From Spirochaetota bacterium (GTDB taxonomy: Bacteria; Spirochaetota; UBA12135; COTS27; CBDBHE01), in NCBI GenBank assembly GCA_965205605.1, contig CBDBHE010000007.1, positions 480,001 through 544,000 of the forward strand: a DNA stretch of 64,000 nt, written 5' to 3'. The notes beneath the pieces were generated by a model. It was given only the letters and a program-made list of their open reading frames with translations. It made no database searches and was not told the DNA's origin. A program made the translations under genes and the position numbers. Below are positions 8,865 through 18,377 of this stretch, one piece after another. Numbering within the stretch: the stretch's first letter is position 1; each line of letters begins with the position of its first letter.

Positions 8865-11800
8865 ATGCTTTCTTTGCCCTATGATCCTAAAAAACTTCCA
8901 AGGGAACTGAAGCCTTACTACATTAGCGCTAGTGAAGAAGATTTACAAGCGATGCTTAAATCTGTGAATAAAAATGCTTTAGAAGAAGTTTTTGATCATC
9001 TTCATGAAGATGTTTTTTTTGAAAGGAGCCCTGATTTGCCCTCTCGGATGGATTATGAATCTCTCAAGCAACATTTAGAAACTATTGCTTGTAAAAATAA
9101 AAATAAACTTTCTTTTATAGGCGATGGGCTTGGTGTTTTTAAAATCCCCTCAGTTGTAAAGCAAATTTCCCAAATTAGAGAGCTGGCAACTTCATACACA
9201 GCGTATCAAGGAGAAAGAAGTCAGGGCACTCTTGCTAGTCTTTGGATTTACCAGTCTCTTTTATTTATGTTAACAGGTTTTGAAGCCATTAATTCATCGA
9301 TGTATGATCGATCGACAGCTCTTTTTGAAGCGATGCGGTGTGTTAAAAGAATGATGGATAAGGGGAATAAAATTCTTGTACTCAATTCTATTTTTCCAGA
9401 TGATTTTCAGTGTGTAAAAACATTGGCCCAAAATAGTGGCATTGAAATTGTAGGTTTAGAACTTGAAGAAGAAGGGGTGTTTTCTGTAGAAAGAATCGAT
9501 AAGGTTTTAAAAAACGAAAAGGATTTGATTGGGATTGTTTTTCCTCAAGTCAATACTTTGGGTCTTTTAGAGTCGGTTGATTTATTAACGGATTTAGCAC
9601 ACGATTATGCGATTAAGGTAATTAGCCTCATTGATCCTATCTTACTTGGAAAAGGAGGTCTTAAAAAACCGACTGATTTTGGGAAAAAAGGAGCTGATGT
9701 GGTTGTTGGAGAAGGTCAACATTTAGCGATGGCTCCTAATTTTGGGGGGCCGGGTTTGGGAATTTTGGGGGTACGATATCATCAGAAAAATAAAATAGAT
9801 ATTCGCTTTATGCCAGGAAAATATGTTGGAAAAGCTAAAGACTTACAGGGCAATGACGCTTTTACCCTTGTTCTTTCTACAAGGGAGCAACATATTAGAA
9901 GAGAAAAAGCAACTTCTAATATTTGTTCTAATCAAGCCTTTATTGCTTCTTTAGCAGGTGGGGCTATTTTAGCTCGAGGAGAAAAAGGGATGGAGCAAGC
10001 CTCTTGCTTTTCGCATCAAAACGCTCTCATGGCTTTTAAAACCCTCACTCGTTTTAAAGGCGTAAGCTCTTTTCATAGCAAATCTCCTTTTTACCATGAG
10101 TTTATTCTTAAGCTTAGTGTTAATGTGAAAGATCTTATCAAAAAAGCTACTTTAGAAAATATTTGGCTTGGCGTCGATGTCAGTGATCGTTTTCCTTTTT
10201 TAAAGGGAAATTTTTTAAAGCTTTCTTTTTCAGACTTGCATACAAAAGATGATTTGAAAACACTTTTTGATTTTTTTTTAAAACATTTTGACGATGCAAA
10301 GCAAAAAGAAAGTTTTAAAATTAACCCTATTGATCGTCATTACTTAAGGCAAGGAGAAATAGGGCTCCCTTTTGTAAAAGAAGAAGAAATTATGGCTTAT
10401 TATCAAGCCATTGGCAAACAAAATATGAGCCCTGAGCAAAGTTGTTATCCTCTTGGATCGTGTACGATGAAGTACAATCCTTACATTAATGAATACACCG
10501 CTTCTTTAAAAGATTTTCAAAACTCACACCCACAAGCTCCTTTAGAAGATATTCAAGGATCACTTGAAATCATTTATCACAATCAAGAATACTTTAAAAA
10601 AATCACAGGGTTGCCTGCGATTACGACCCAGCCGGTTGCAGGGGCTCAGGGAGAGCTTGTTGGTTTAAAACTTTTTTTAGCGTACCATCTTGATAAAGGA
10701 GAAAAAAGAGATATTTTAATTATTCCTCGTTCTGCTCATGGGACAAATCCAGCAACAGCTGCTGTGGTTGGTTTTGAAAAAACAGCTAAAGAGTCTTTTG
10801 ATCAAGGCATTGCTTTTGTTGATGTCGATTTAAATGGTGAGATCGATTTTTCTCAGCTTAAGAAAATTGTAAAAACTTATCAAAAAAAAATTTGTGGGAT
10901 GATGATCACCAATCCTAATACAATGGGCATTTTTGAAAACCGCTTTAAACAAATAGCAGATTTAATCCATCAAGTAGGTGGACTTGTGTATATGGACGGG
11001 GCGAATATGAATGCTATCGCTTGTTGGGTTGACTTGGGTAAGATAGGCGTCGATGCCGTTCATAATAATACACATAAAACTTGGTCTATTCCTCATGGAG
11101 GCGGGGGGCCTGGGGATGCTTTTGTGGCTGTGAGTCATCTCTTAGCAGATTACTTGCCTGGAAAGCAAATTGTAAAAAACAAACAAGGGTTTTATGATTT
11201 CTTTACAGCTGAAAAATCAATCGGTACCTTTCATCGTCATTTTGGTAACTTTGCTCATAAAGTAAGAGCTTATACTTATTTAAGAGCTCTTGGAACACAA
11301 GGGATTAAAAAAATGTCAGCCGTCGCTGTTTTGTCGGCTCGTTACTTGCAAAAAAAATTAAATCAAACCTATCCTTTGCTTCCTAAAGGAGCTGATCAAG
11401 TCGTGCGTATGCATGAATTTATTATTACCTTTTCAAAAAAAACTTTTGAAAACATCCTATCAGTTGGCTTTCGTAAAGCCGATATTATTGCTAGAGTCGG
11501 AAAATTGTTTTTAGATTTTGGCTTTCATGCTCCCACGGTTTCTTTCCCAGAACCTTATGGCCTTATGATTGAGCCTACAGAGTCTTACACTAAAAAAGAG
11601 CTCGATCGTTTTATCGAAGCCCTTTATGAAATCAAGTCAATTTTGCAAAATCATCCTCAAATTTTAAAAACGGTTCCTCATTTTATGCCTGTTTTTCGCA
11701 TTAACGAAATCGAAGCTAATAAACATGTCATTGTCAGTGAGCCGTTTACTTACTTTCCAAAAATTTTAAAAGAAAAACTTCCGTTGTCTTTTATAGCCAC

Positions 11801-11894
11801 TCAGCCTTTAAAAAACATCACCTCTAAAATCTTAGAAACTCACTATATTCTTAATCAGCAACCCCATATTTTAAAAAAAAATTTTTATCGATAA
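8865..11894 (+). CDS. gcvP: Glycine dehydrogenase (decarboxylating) P protein, GcvPA-GcvPB in one chain
   Basis: TREQHIRREKATSNICSNQA, PLGSCTMKYNP, SAHGTNPATA, HKTWSIPHGGGGPG (PLP Lys) and MIEPTES motifs. Confidence 0.95.
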   Translation: MLSLPYDPKKLPRELKPYYISASEEDLQAMLKSVNKNALEEVFDHLHEDVFFERSPDLPSRMDYESLKQHLETIACKNKNKLSFIGDGLGVFKIPSVVKQISQIRELATSYTAYQGERSQGTLASLWIYQSLLFMLTGFEAINSSMYDRSTALFEAMRCVKRMMDKGNKILVLNSIFPDDFQCVKTLAQNSGIEIVGLELEEEGVFSVERIDKVLKNEKDLIGIVFPQVNTLGLLESVDLLTDLAHDYAIKVISLIDPILLGKGGLKKPTDFGKKGADVVVGEGQHLAMAPNFGGPGLGILGVRYHQKNKIDIRFMPGKYVGKAKDLQGNDAFTLVLSTREQHIRREKATSNICSNQAFIASLAGGAILARGEKGMEQASCFSHQNALMAFKTLTRFKGVSSFHSKSPFYHEFILKLSVNVKDLIKKATLENIWLGVDVSDRFPFLKGNFLKLSFSDLHTKDDLKTLFDFFLKHFDDAKQKESFKINPIDRHYLRQGEIGLPFVKEEEIMAYYQAIGKQNMSPEQSCYPLGSCTMKYNPYINEYTASLKDFQNSHPQAPLEDIQGSLEIIYHNQEYFKKITGLPAITTQPVAGAQGELVGLKLFLAYHLDKGEKRDILIIPRSAHGTNPATAAVVGFEKTAKESFDQGIAFVDVDLNGEIDFSQLKKIVKTYQKKICGMMITNPNTMGIFENRFKQIADLIHQVGGLVYMDGANMNAIACWVDLGKIGVDAVHNNTHKTWSIPHGGGGPGDAFVAVSHLLADYLPGKQIVKNKQGFYDFFTAEKSIGTFHRHFGNFAHKVRAYTYLRALGTQGIKKMSAVAVLSARYLQKKLNQTYPLLPKGADQVVRMHEFIITFSKKTFENILSVGFRKADIIARVGKLFLDFGFHAPTVSFPEPYGLMIEPTESYTKKELDRFIEALYEIKSILQNHPQILKTVPHFMPVFRINEIEANKHVIVSEPFTYFPKILKEKLPLSFIATQPLKNITSKILETHYILNQQPHILKKNFYR

Positions 11895-11903
11895 AGCCCT
11901 TTC

Positions 11904-12641
11904 ATGAAAACAGCAGAAGATTTAAGAATAAGTAAAAATAAAAAAAAATTAGCTTTTTTAACTTGTTATGACTTTACGTTTGCTAAGACAATGGATACTT
12001 GTGATTTAGATGCTATTTTAGTAGGTGATTCTTTAGGGGAAGTACTTTATGGTATGGATAATACAACGTTTGTTACTTTAGAGATGATGATGCAACACAC
12101 AAAAGCAGTTAAAAAAGGCTTGTATCAAACCCATCTAATTGCAGATATGCCTTTTAACACATATGAAACTGAAGCAGAGGCTCTTAGTAATGCTAAAAAA
12201 TTAATCGCCGGGGGAGCTAATAGTGTTAAATTGGAAAACCCAAAATCAGTCGTTGTTGAAAGATTAGTTGCTAATGATATCTCCGTTTGTGGTCATATAG
12301 GCTTAACTCCCCAAACGAATCAAAATTATAAAAAACAAGGCAATAATGATGCTTCTAAAAAAAAAATTATTCAAGATGCTAAAAGGCTTGAGCAAGCAGG
12401 ATGTTATGCCATGGTTTTAGAAGCCCTTAATACACATTTAGCTCAAGAAATCACATCGACTCTTTCGATCCCAACGATTGGGATTGCTTCAGGCCCTTAT
12501 TGTGATGGACAAATTTTAGTGCATTATGACTTATTTGGTATTTCTCCAAAAACTCCTTTTAAAATTAAAACAGGGATTTTTTTTGTAAAAATGATGAAAA
12601 AAACCATTAAAAATTTTATTTTGAATATAAATTTGAAATAA
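11904..12641 (+). CDS. panB: 3-methyl-2-oxobutanoate hydroxymethyltransferase
   Basis: LTCYD, LVGDSLG, ADMPF, GHIGLTPQ and DGQILV motifs. Confidence 0.95.
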   Translation: MKTAEDLRISKNKKKLAFLTCYDFTFAKTMDTCDLDAILVGDSLGEVLYGMDNTTFVTLEMMMQHTKAVKKGLYQTHLIADMPFNTYETEAEALSNAKKLIAGGANSVKLENPKSVVVERLVANDISVCGHIGLTPQTNQNYKKQGNNDASKKKIIQDAKRLEQAGCYAMVLEALNTHLAQEITSTLSIPTIGIASGPYCDGQILVHYDLFGISPKTPFKIKTGIFFVKMMKKTIKNFILNINLK

Positions 12642-12733
12642 AATTGATTCGTATCTATAATTAAAAGAATTATGATCAAAACCAATGACTTTTTGTTCAT
12701 AAAATTCAATTTTTCTTTTAAAAAGAAAAAAAC

Positions 12734-13738
12734 GTGTTTTTAATGAAGAAACTTTTTATTTTTTTAACTTTAATTATTTTTACAAACGTTTACAGTCAAT
12801 TTAACACTCCTACTATTGATGCTTATAGTCGATCAATGGGGACGGCTACTTCTTCAGTTTATTCTCTTCAAAGTTCTTTTTCAGGTAACCCAGCTTTAAT
12901 TGTTTATGAAGACAAATATAGTTTTTCAGGGACTTTTCTTCCTCGATTTATTCCCGACTCACAGTTGTCTATCTTTAATATTATTGCTTCTTTTGGGGTT
13001 CCTATTTCACCTAGTGTTGGTTCGGTTGGGGCTGTTTTTAATTATTTAGGTTCGTCCATTCAAAATCAAGAAATTTATTCTGAATTAGAAGGGGGGGTAT
13101 CAATTGGCCTTAAACAATTAGGAGGCCCTTTGCTTGAGAAATTAGGGGCACCTTCTTTTGTGTCATCAATACCAATTCATTTTGGTGTTGCGATGTTTGG
13201 ACGCTTGGCCCTACCTAGTGCTGCTCTTAGTTCTGGAAATTCGGTGTTTAATTTTGATATTAACTTGGGGCTTTTGTATGAAATCAATGAGGAAATAAAA
13301 CTAGGTTTTTTTTTTGCTAATTTACTTGCTTTAGCAGTATCAGAAGCAGTAAATGATGGGGGGGTGTCTAAACCGAGAGTGATTCGACTGGGGGTAAGTC
13401 GTGAAGACACTGTTTTAATAAGCCTTGATCTTGAGTATGAACTTGAAAACAGAAGAATCAATGCATACGCAGGTGGTGAAATCTCCTTAAAACAATTATT
13501 AGAATTAGATAGTGAAAATTTCGCTAACTCTGTTAAATTGAGAGCAGGGATTGAATTTTTTAATGTCTTAGAGGAGTTCGACTATTGGTTAGAAACGGGG
13601 GATATAAGCCTTTTCTTTAATCCTTCTGCTGGATTTGGGGTTGAATTTTTTGGAGTCCGTTTTGATTATGCATTTTTTTATCCACTTTACTTAGGTGCTT
13701 TTGGCCATCATGTTATAAGTGTTTACACAAAATTTTAA
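12734..13738 (+). CDS. Outer-membrane beta-barrel protein, PorV/PorQ/FadL-like
   Basis: Signal peptide, SRSMG..A..NPA N-terminal motif, alternating beta-strands, FDYAF..H.IS and terminal Phe. Confidence 0.65.
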   Translation: MFLMKKLFIFLTLIIFTNVYSQFNTPTIDAYSRSMGTATSSVYSLQSSFSGNPALIVYEDKYSFSGTFLPRFIPDSQLSIFNIIASFGVPISPSVGSVGAVFNYLGSSIQNQEIYSELEGGVSIGLKQLGGPLLEKLGAPSFVSSIPIHFGVAMFGRLALPSAALSSGNSVFNFDINLGLLYEINEEIKLGFFFANLLALAVSEAVNDGGVSKPRVIRLGVSREDTVLISLDLEYELENRRINAYAGGEISLKQLLELDSENFANSVKLRAGIEFFNVLEEFDYWLETGDISLFFNPSAGFGVEFFGVRFDYAFFYPLYLGAFGHHVISVYTKF

Positions 13739-13750
13739 TTTCAAATTCTT

Positions 13751-14917
13751 TTGAAAGCCATTCTCCAAAACCTTAAAGGTTCTTTCTCTTATAGAAGTCT
13801 TTTGTCTGTTTCAAACATTAAAGGCAAATATATCTTTTTAGAAAATAAAAAATATATTAATTTGAGCTCTAATGATTATTTAGGCTTAAGTGAAAGTGGT
13901 GTTGTTTTAAAAAAAGCTCGTTTGTATACAAAAAAATATGGGACAGGAGGAAGAGCTTCTCGACTTATTTGTGGCAATTGGGTTTTTTATGAGGTCTTAG
14001 AGGATCAGCTTGCTCTTTGGAAAGGAGCAGAGGCCAGTTTAATTTTTGGCAGTGGGTATCTTGCCAATGTTGGAGTATTACAAGCTTTAGCAACTCTAAA
14101 GCCAAATATTTTATTTGTTTTTGATAAACTCTGTCATGCGTCTCTTATTGATGGAGTTCGTTTGTCCCATGTTAAATGGTGTCGATTTGAGCATAATAAT
14201 GTTAAAGATTTAGAAAAAATTTTAAACAAATACCCTAATCATAAAAAAATTGTTATAACAGAATCTGTTTTTTCTATGGAAGGAGATAAGAGTCCTATTG
14301 AAAAAATTAATGCTCTTTGTGAAAAAACAAATAGTTTTTTATACGTGGATGAAGCTCATTCAAATGGGCTTTTTGGAGAGAAAGGAGAAGGATTTTTAAA
14401 ACAACTTTTAAGTCAAAAAAAAGAAAATTTAATTGTGATGGGTACTTTTGGGAAAGCTTTGGGAAATTATGGAGCTTATATTTGTGGGACAAAGGTTTTA
14501 AAACAGTTTTTAATTAATAAAGCAAGAAGCTTGATTTATACCACTGCACTACCTCCTAGTGTTATTGGGGGGACTCTAGCGGCTATTAATTTGATTAAAA
14601 AACAAACTTTTAGGAAAGATCATGTTATTAATTTAAGTCTTCATTTTCAAAAACTCGCAATAAAAGCAGGCATTCCTTTAATTCCAAGTCAGTCTCAAAT
14701 CGTCAGTATTCTTACCATGTCTAATCAAAAAACAATTGCTTTAGCGACTTATTTAAAAAAAGAAGGTTTTTTTGCTGTTGGCATTCGTCCTCCAACGGTT
14801 GCTAAAAATAAAGGGAGGATTCGTTTAGTCTTTAATTATTTTCTTTCTATGTCAGATATTAAGAGACTGCTTGATTGTTTGTCTTATTATTTTAATCAAG
14901 CCTTATCCAATGCCTAG
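13751..14917 (+). CDS. bioF: 8-amino-7-oxononanoate synthase
   Basis: SSNDYLGL, SGYLAN, HASLIDG, DEAH, GTFGKALG and IRPPTV motifs. Confidence 0.95.
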   Translation: MKAILQNLKGSFSYRSLLSVSNIKGKYIFLENKKYINLSSNDYLGLSESGVVLKKARLYTKKYGTGGRASRLICGNWVFYEVLEDQLALWKGAEASLIFGSGYLANVGVLQALATLKPNILFVFDKLCHASLIDGVRLSHVKWCRFEHNNVKDLEKILNKYPNHKKIVITESVFSMEGDKSPIEKINALCEKTNSFLYVDEAHSNGLFGEKGEGFLKQLLSQKKENLIVMGTFGKALGNYGAYICGTKVLKQFLINKARSLIYTTALPPSVIGGTLAAINLIKKQTFRKDHVINLSLHFQKLAIKAGIPLIPSQSQIVSILTMSNQKTIALATYLKKEGFFAVGIRPPTVAKNKGRIRLVFNYFLSMSDIKRLLDCLSYYFNQALSNA

Positions 14918-15566
14918 GTGGGTTGTGGTTTCTGGGTGGGCTTATGAAGCGGCTTTATGGCCTTCTTTTTCTTCTTTTCCTATTGATTTTTTTGATTTTG
15001 ACACTTGGATGAATCTTTTAGAAAAGCAAAAAATAGCCCTACTAACGCGTGATGAAACTATCCTAATTGGTTGGTCATTGGGTGCTTTTTTACTATATCC
15101 TTATAGTTTTTTAAAATCTGTTAAAGCAAGTATTTTGATTAGTTGTGCTCAAACATTTATTAAAAGCGTTCAAAATCCTTATGGAATTTTACCCAACGCA
15201 ATCGATCAAATGATTTTAAATTTAAAACAAAACCAACAAAACCTTTTAAAGATTTTTTATAAAAAAGCTTGTTTCCCCAATCAAAATTTTGATGGTTCTA
15301 AAAAAGAGTTTTCGCTTAAATCTCTTACTAAAGGACTTGATTTTCTAAAAGCAGTTTCTTTAGATAAACCACTTAGTAAAAAAACAATCTATGTGATTCA
15401 AGGAAAAAAAGATCGAATTGTTTTTTGGAAAGGAGCGAAAAAATTTGCTCAAAATTTTGGGTATCCATTTTTACTTTTAGAAACTTCAGGGCACTTAATC
15501 CCATGTTACGATTTTATTCTCTTAAAAAAAACCTTACAAAAATTTGAACACACTTTTTTTAGATAA
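14910..15566 (+). CDS. bioH: Pimeloyl-ACP methyl ester esterase (BioH-like alpha/beta hydrolase)
   Basis: GWSLG nucleophile elbow, G.KD.IV Asp and SGH His; lies between bioF and bioC. Confidence 0.75.
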   Translation: MPRWVVVSGWAYEAALWPSFSSFPIDFFDFDTWMNLLEKQKIALLTRDETILIGWSLGAFLLYPYSFLKSVKASILISCAQTFIKSVQNPYGILPNAIDQMILNLKQNQQNLLKIFYKKACFPNQNFDGSKKEFSLKSLTKGLDFLKAVSLDKPLSKKTIYVIQGKKDRIVFWKGAKKFAQNFGYPFLLLETSGHLIPCYDFILLKKTLQKFEHTFFR

Positions 15567-16332
15567 AAAAACCATTGCAAAAAACTTTTCTTCTTCAGCT
15601 CAAAGTTATTTAAAACAAGCTTCCATTCAACAAGACGTAGGAAAAAGAATGATTCATTGGATTTTGAAAAAAAACTCCTTTCAAAAAATTTTAGATATTG
15701 GCTGTGGACCTGGTTTTTTAAGTTTTTTGCTTGCTTCTAAAATGAAGCACGGCTTTATTAAAGCCATCGATTTTTCCCCAGGAATGATTGACTATGCCAA
15801 AAAAAATTATTATCACCCTTTAATTGAATATTCCATTGAAGATATCGAATTTTTTAGTGAACCTGTTCTTTATGATCTTATTGTTTCAAATGCTTGTTTT
15901 CATTGGTTAGCAGATCTTGAAAAAACTTTTTTTGTTTTAAAAAAAAAACTTGAAAAAAATGGAAAGTTATTTTTTTCTCTTTACTTAGAAAATAGCTATC
16001 ATGAAATAAGAAATATCATTAAAAGTTATAATCCTCTTTATCAAATGATTCATTCTTTTTATTCTCATCAAACAATTCTCTTTCTCTTAAAAAAACTGGG
16101 TTTTTTAGTTGTTTTTTCTTTACAACAAGAAATTATCGAACCTTTCGCTCATTATGCTGCTTTTTCAAAAAAACAAAAACAACTGGGTTCTTATAATATT
16201 TTTAAAAAAAATCAACAAAATTCTTTTTCTTATGGAGAAAAAAAAAAATTATTTTTTTTTTTAAATCAACAGTTATCTTCTCCTTTTACCATTACTCATC
16301 ATCTAGGGCTTTATCAAGTTACTCATGCCTAA
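15544..16332 (+). CDS. bioC: Malonyl-ACP O-methyltransferase
   Basis: IAKNFSSSAQSY..QASIQ, LDIGCGPG and SNACFHW motifs; bio cluster. Confidence 0.88.
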   Translation: MNTLFLDKKTIAKNFSSSAQSYLKQASIQQDVGKRMIHWILKKNSFQKILDIGCGPGFLSFLLASKMKHGFIKAIDFSPGMIDYAKKNYYHPLIEYSIEDIEFFSEPVLYDLIVSNACFHWLADLEKTFFVLKKKLEKNGKLFFSLYLENSYHEIRNIIKSYNPLYQMIHSFYSHQTILFLLKKLGFLVVFSLQQEIIEPFAHYAAFSKKQKQLGSYNIFKKNQQNSFSYGEKKKLFFFLNQQLSSPFTITHHLGLYQVTHA

Positions 16333-16939
16333 AATTTTTATTACTGGTACAGATACTGGTGTTGGTAAAACTCATTATTCTCTTTTTCTCATCAAACATT
16401 GGCTACAGCAATATGCCCCCAAAAAAATTGCTTATATCAAGCCTTTTCAAACAGGGCTTGAGCATGGTAAAAAAGATGCGGAGATGATCCTAAAAAGTGG
16501 GCTTCCAATTTCCAATATTTATACCTTAAGTCAATTTAAAATGCCTTCCTCCCCTCATTTAGCTGCTAAACAAGCTAAAACTTCTATTGATTTTGAGGGT
16601 TTGGCTGAAAAAACAAATCAACTCTTGAGAGACTATTCTCATGTGATTGTTGAGGGGGCAGGGGGACTGTTGGTGCCTTTAAATCATGAAAAAATGTTAA
16701 TTGATTTTATATTAAATCTTTCTTTAGAAGTTATTTTAGTGTCTCGTTTGTCTTTAGGAACAATTAATCATACACTTAGTAGTGTTTTTTTGTTAAACTA
16801 TTATGGGCTTAAGATTGTAAAAATTGTTCTTAACGAATACTTTAAATCAGACTTAAAAGAGATTAATTTGGATAACAAAAAAACAATCAAATCTTTTTCT
16901 GGAATAAAAACAGAGATTTTTTCAGAAATTAGATTTTAA
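16325..16939 (+). CDS. bioD: Dethiobiotin synthase
   Basis: FITGTDTGVGKT, KPFQTG, SPHLAA, VEGAGG and LGTINHT motifs. Confidence 0.96.
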   Translation: MPKIFITGTDTGVGKTHYSLFLIKHWLQQYAPKKIAYIKPFQTGLEHGKKDAEMILKSGLPISNIYTLSQFKMPSSPHLAAKQAKTSIDFEGLAEKTNQLLRDYSHVIVEGAGGLLVPLNHEKMLIDFILNLSLEVILVSRLSLGTINHTLSSVFLLNYYGLKIVKIVLNEYFKSDLKEINLDNKKTIKSFSGIKTEIFSEIRF

Positions 16940-16971
16940 AAAAAATATTTTTTTTAGGATAAATTGGTAGT

Positions 16972-17709
16972 ATGAAAAATAAGAAGATTGAAAATTTTTT
17001 AAATAAAACAAAGTCTTTTTTTAAAGATCATCGTTACTTCATTGTTTCTTTATTGTGCTTAATTGTTTTATTTTTTATTATTTTACCTATTTGGCTTTGG
17101 TACAAAGAGGAAAAAGAAAAAGCACTTAGTTATGAGATTAACGGGTTAATTCAGCAGATTGCTAAAATTGAGATTAGACCTAAGATGCCTCTTATTGATG
17201 AAGATGCTGTGGAAAACGTAAAAAAAAAATTGAATGAAATTTTTAAAAAAAACTCATTTTTTAAAAATGCAACTAGATCTCTTTTTATTAAAGCTCACCT
17301 AGATTATCAACAAGGATATTTAGTAGAATCAAGAAACACGTACTTGAAAATTTTTAAAAAGAAAAGAAAAAATTCACTTGCTCCTCAAGCACTCTATTAT
17401 GCTGCTGTCACCTTTATTGAAGAAGGAGAATATGAAAAAGCAAAAAGTCTTTTAGATCAATTTCAAAAATATTATAGTTCTCATTATTTCTTAGGCGAAG
17501 CCCTTATTTCTAAAGCGCTTACTTTAGAATCTTTAGGAAGATACGATCAAGCAGTTTCTGTTTATGGGGAAATTTTAAAACATCCTTCTTTAGATATTTA
17601 TAAAAATAAAGCCACCAGGTCTCTTCAAATTTTAAAAGCTACCAGGTCACTTCCTTTATTAAAAGAGTCTCCTCCTGCTCAGCAAAAATCTCCTTTTAGT
17701 TTTAATTAA
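16972..17709 (+). CDS. Membrane-anchored TPR protein (YfgM/CpoB-like)
   Basis: Single N-terminal TM segment followed by TPR helices (APQALYYAA, EALISKA). Confidence 0.7.
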   Translation: MKNKKIENFLNKTKSFFKDHRYFIVSLLCLIVLFFIILPIWLWYKEEKEKALSYEINGLIQQIAKIEIRPKMPLIDEDAVENVKKKLNEIFKKNSFFKNATRSLFIKAHLDYQQGYLVESRNTYLKIFKKKRKNSLAPQALYYAAVTFIEEGEYEKAKSLLDQFQKYYSSHYFLGEALISKALTLESLGRYDQAVSVYGEILKHPSLDIYKNKATRSLQILKATRSLPLLKESPPAQQKSPFSFN

Positions 17710-17726
17710 AAATTAATTTTTTTCAA

Positions 17727-18377
17727 TTGAAGCCTTATCATAATTATTTTTTTGATTTAGATGGCACTTTAGTTGATACCATTGATTTAGTTGTTAAATG
17801 TTTTGAAAAATCTCTTGGTGAAAACTTTCAAATTAATAAATCTAGAGAAGAACTTTTACAATACGTAGGACTGCCTTTAAAAAATCAGTTTGAGTTTTTT
17901 TTAAAAGATATTTTAGTTCCGATTGATTATGAAGCTTTATGTCGTTTTCATATGGATTACCAGTTACAAATTTGGAAACAATTCATTCGCCTTTATCCGG
18001 GAGTTTTAGAAGCTCTTGATTTTTTAAAACAACATAATAAAAAACTGGCCATCGTTACTTCTAGAAGGCTTAAAACAACGACCTTGTATTTAAAAGAACT
18101 AGGTCTTTTTGATTTTTTTGACGTCATTATTACCCCAGAAGATACCAAACAACATAAGCCTCATCCAGAACCTCTTTTCAAAGCGTTATCTGCTTTAAAG
18201 GCAAAAGCAAACGATTCTCTTTTTATCGGGGATTCTAATTTTGATATGCTGTGTGCCAAGCAAGCGGGGGTTGATCAATATTTTGTTTTATGGGGCTTTG
18301 GAAAGGAAGCTAATCTTTCTTTAAAACCGACTTATATTAAAACCAATTTAAAACCTCTTTTTTATAAAGGCAAGTAA
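17727..18377 (+). CDS. HAD-IA family hydrolase (PpaX/Gph-like)
   Basis: FDLDGTL, IVTS, HKPHPEP and IGDS..D motifs. Confidence 0.9.
   Translation: MKPYHNYFFDLDGTLVDTIDLVVKCFEKSLGENFQINKSREELLQYVGLPLKNQFEFFLKDILVPIDYEALCRFHMDYQLQIWKQFIRLYPGVLEALDFLKQHNKKLAIVTSRRLKTTTLYLKELGLFDFFDVIITPEDTKQHKPHPEPLFKALSALKAKANDSLFIGDSNFDMLCAKQAGVDQYFVLWGFGKEANLSLKPTYIKTNLKPLFYKGK

Noticed and set aside
17608-17653. Imperfect 30-bp-spaced duplication (KATRSL twice) in the TPR gene
   Set aside because: Two copies only, in frame; an ordinary local duplication
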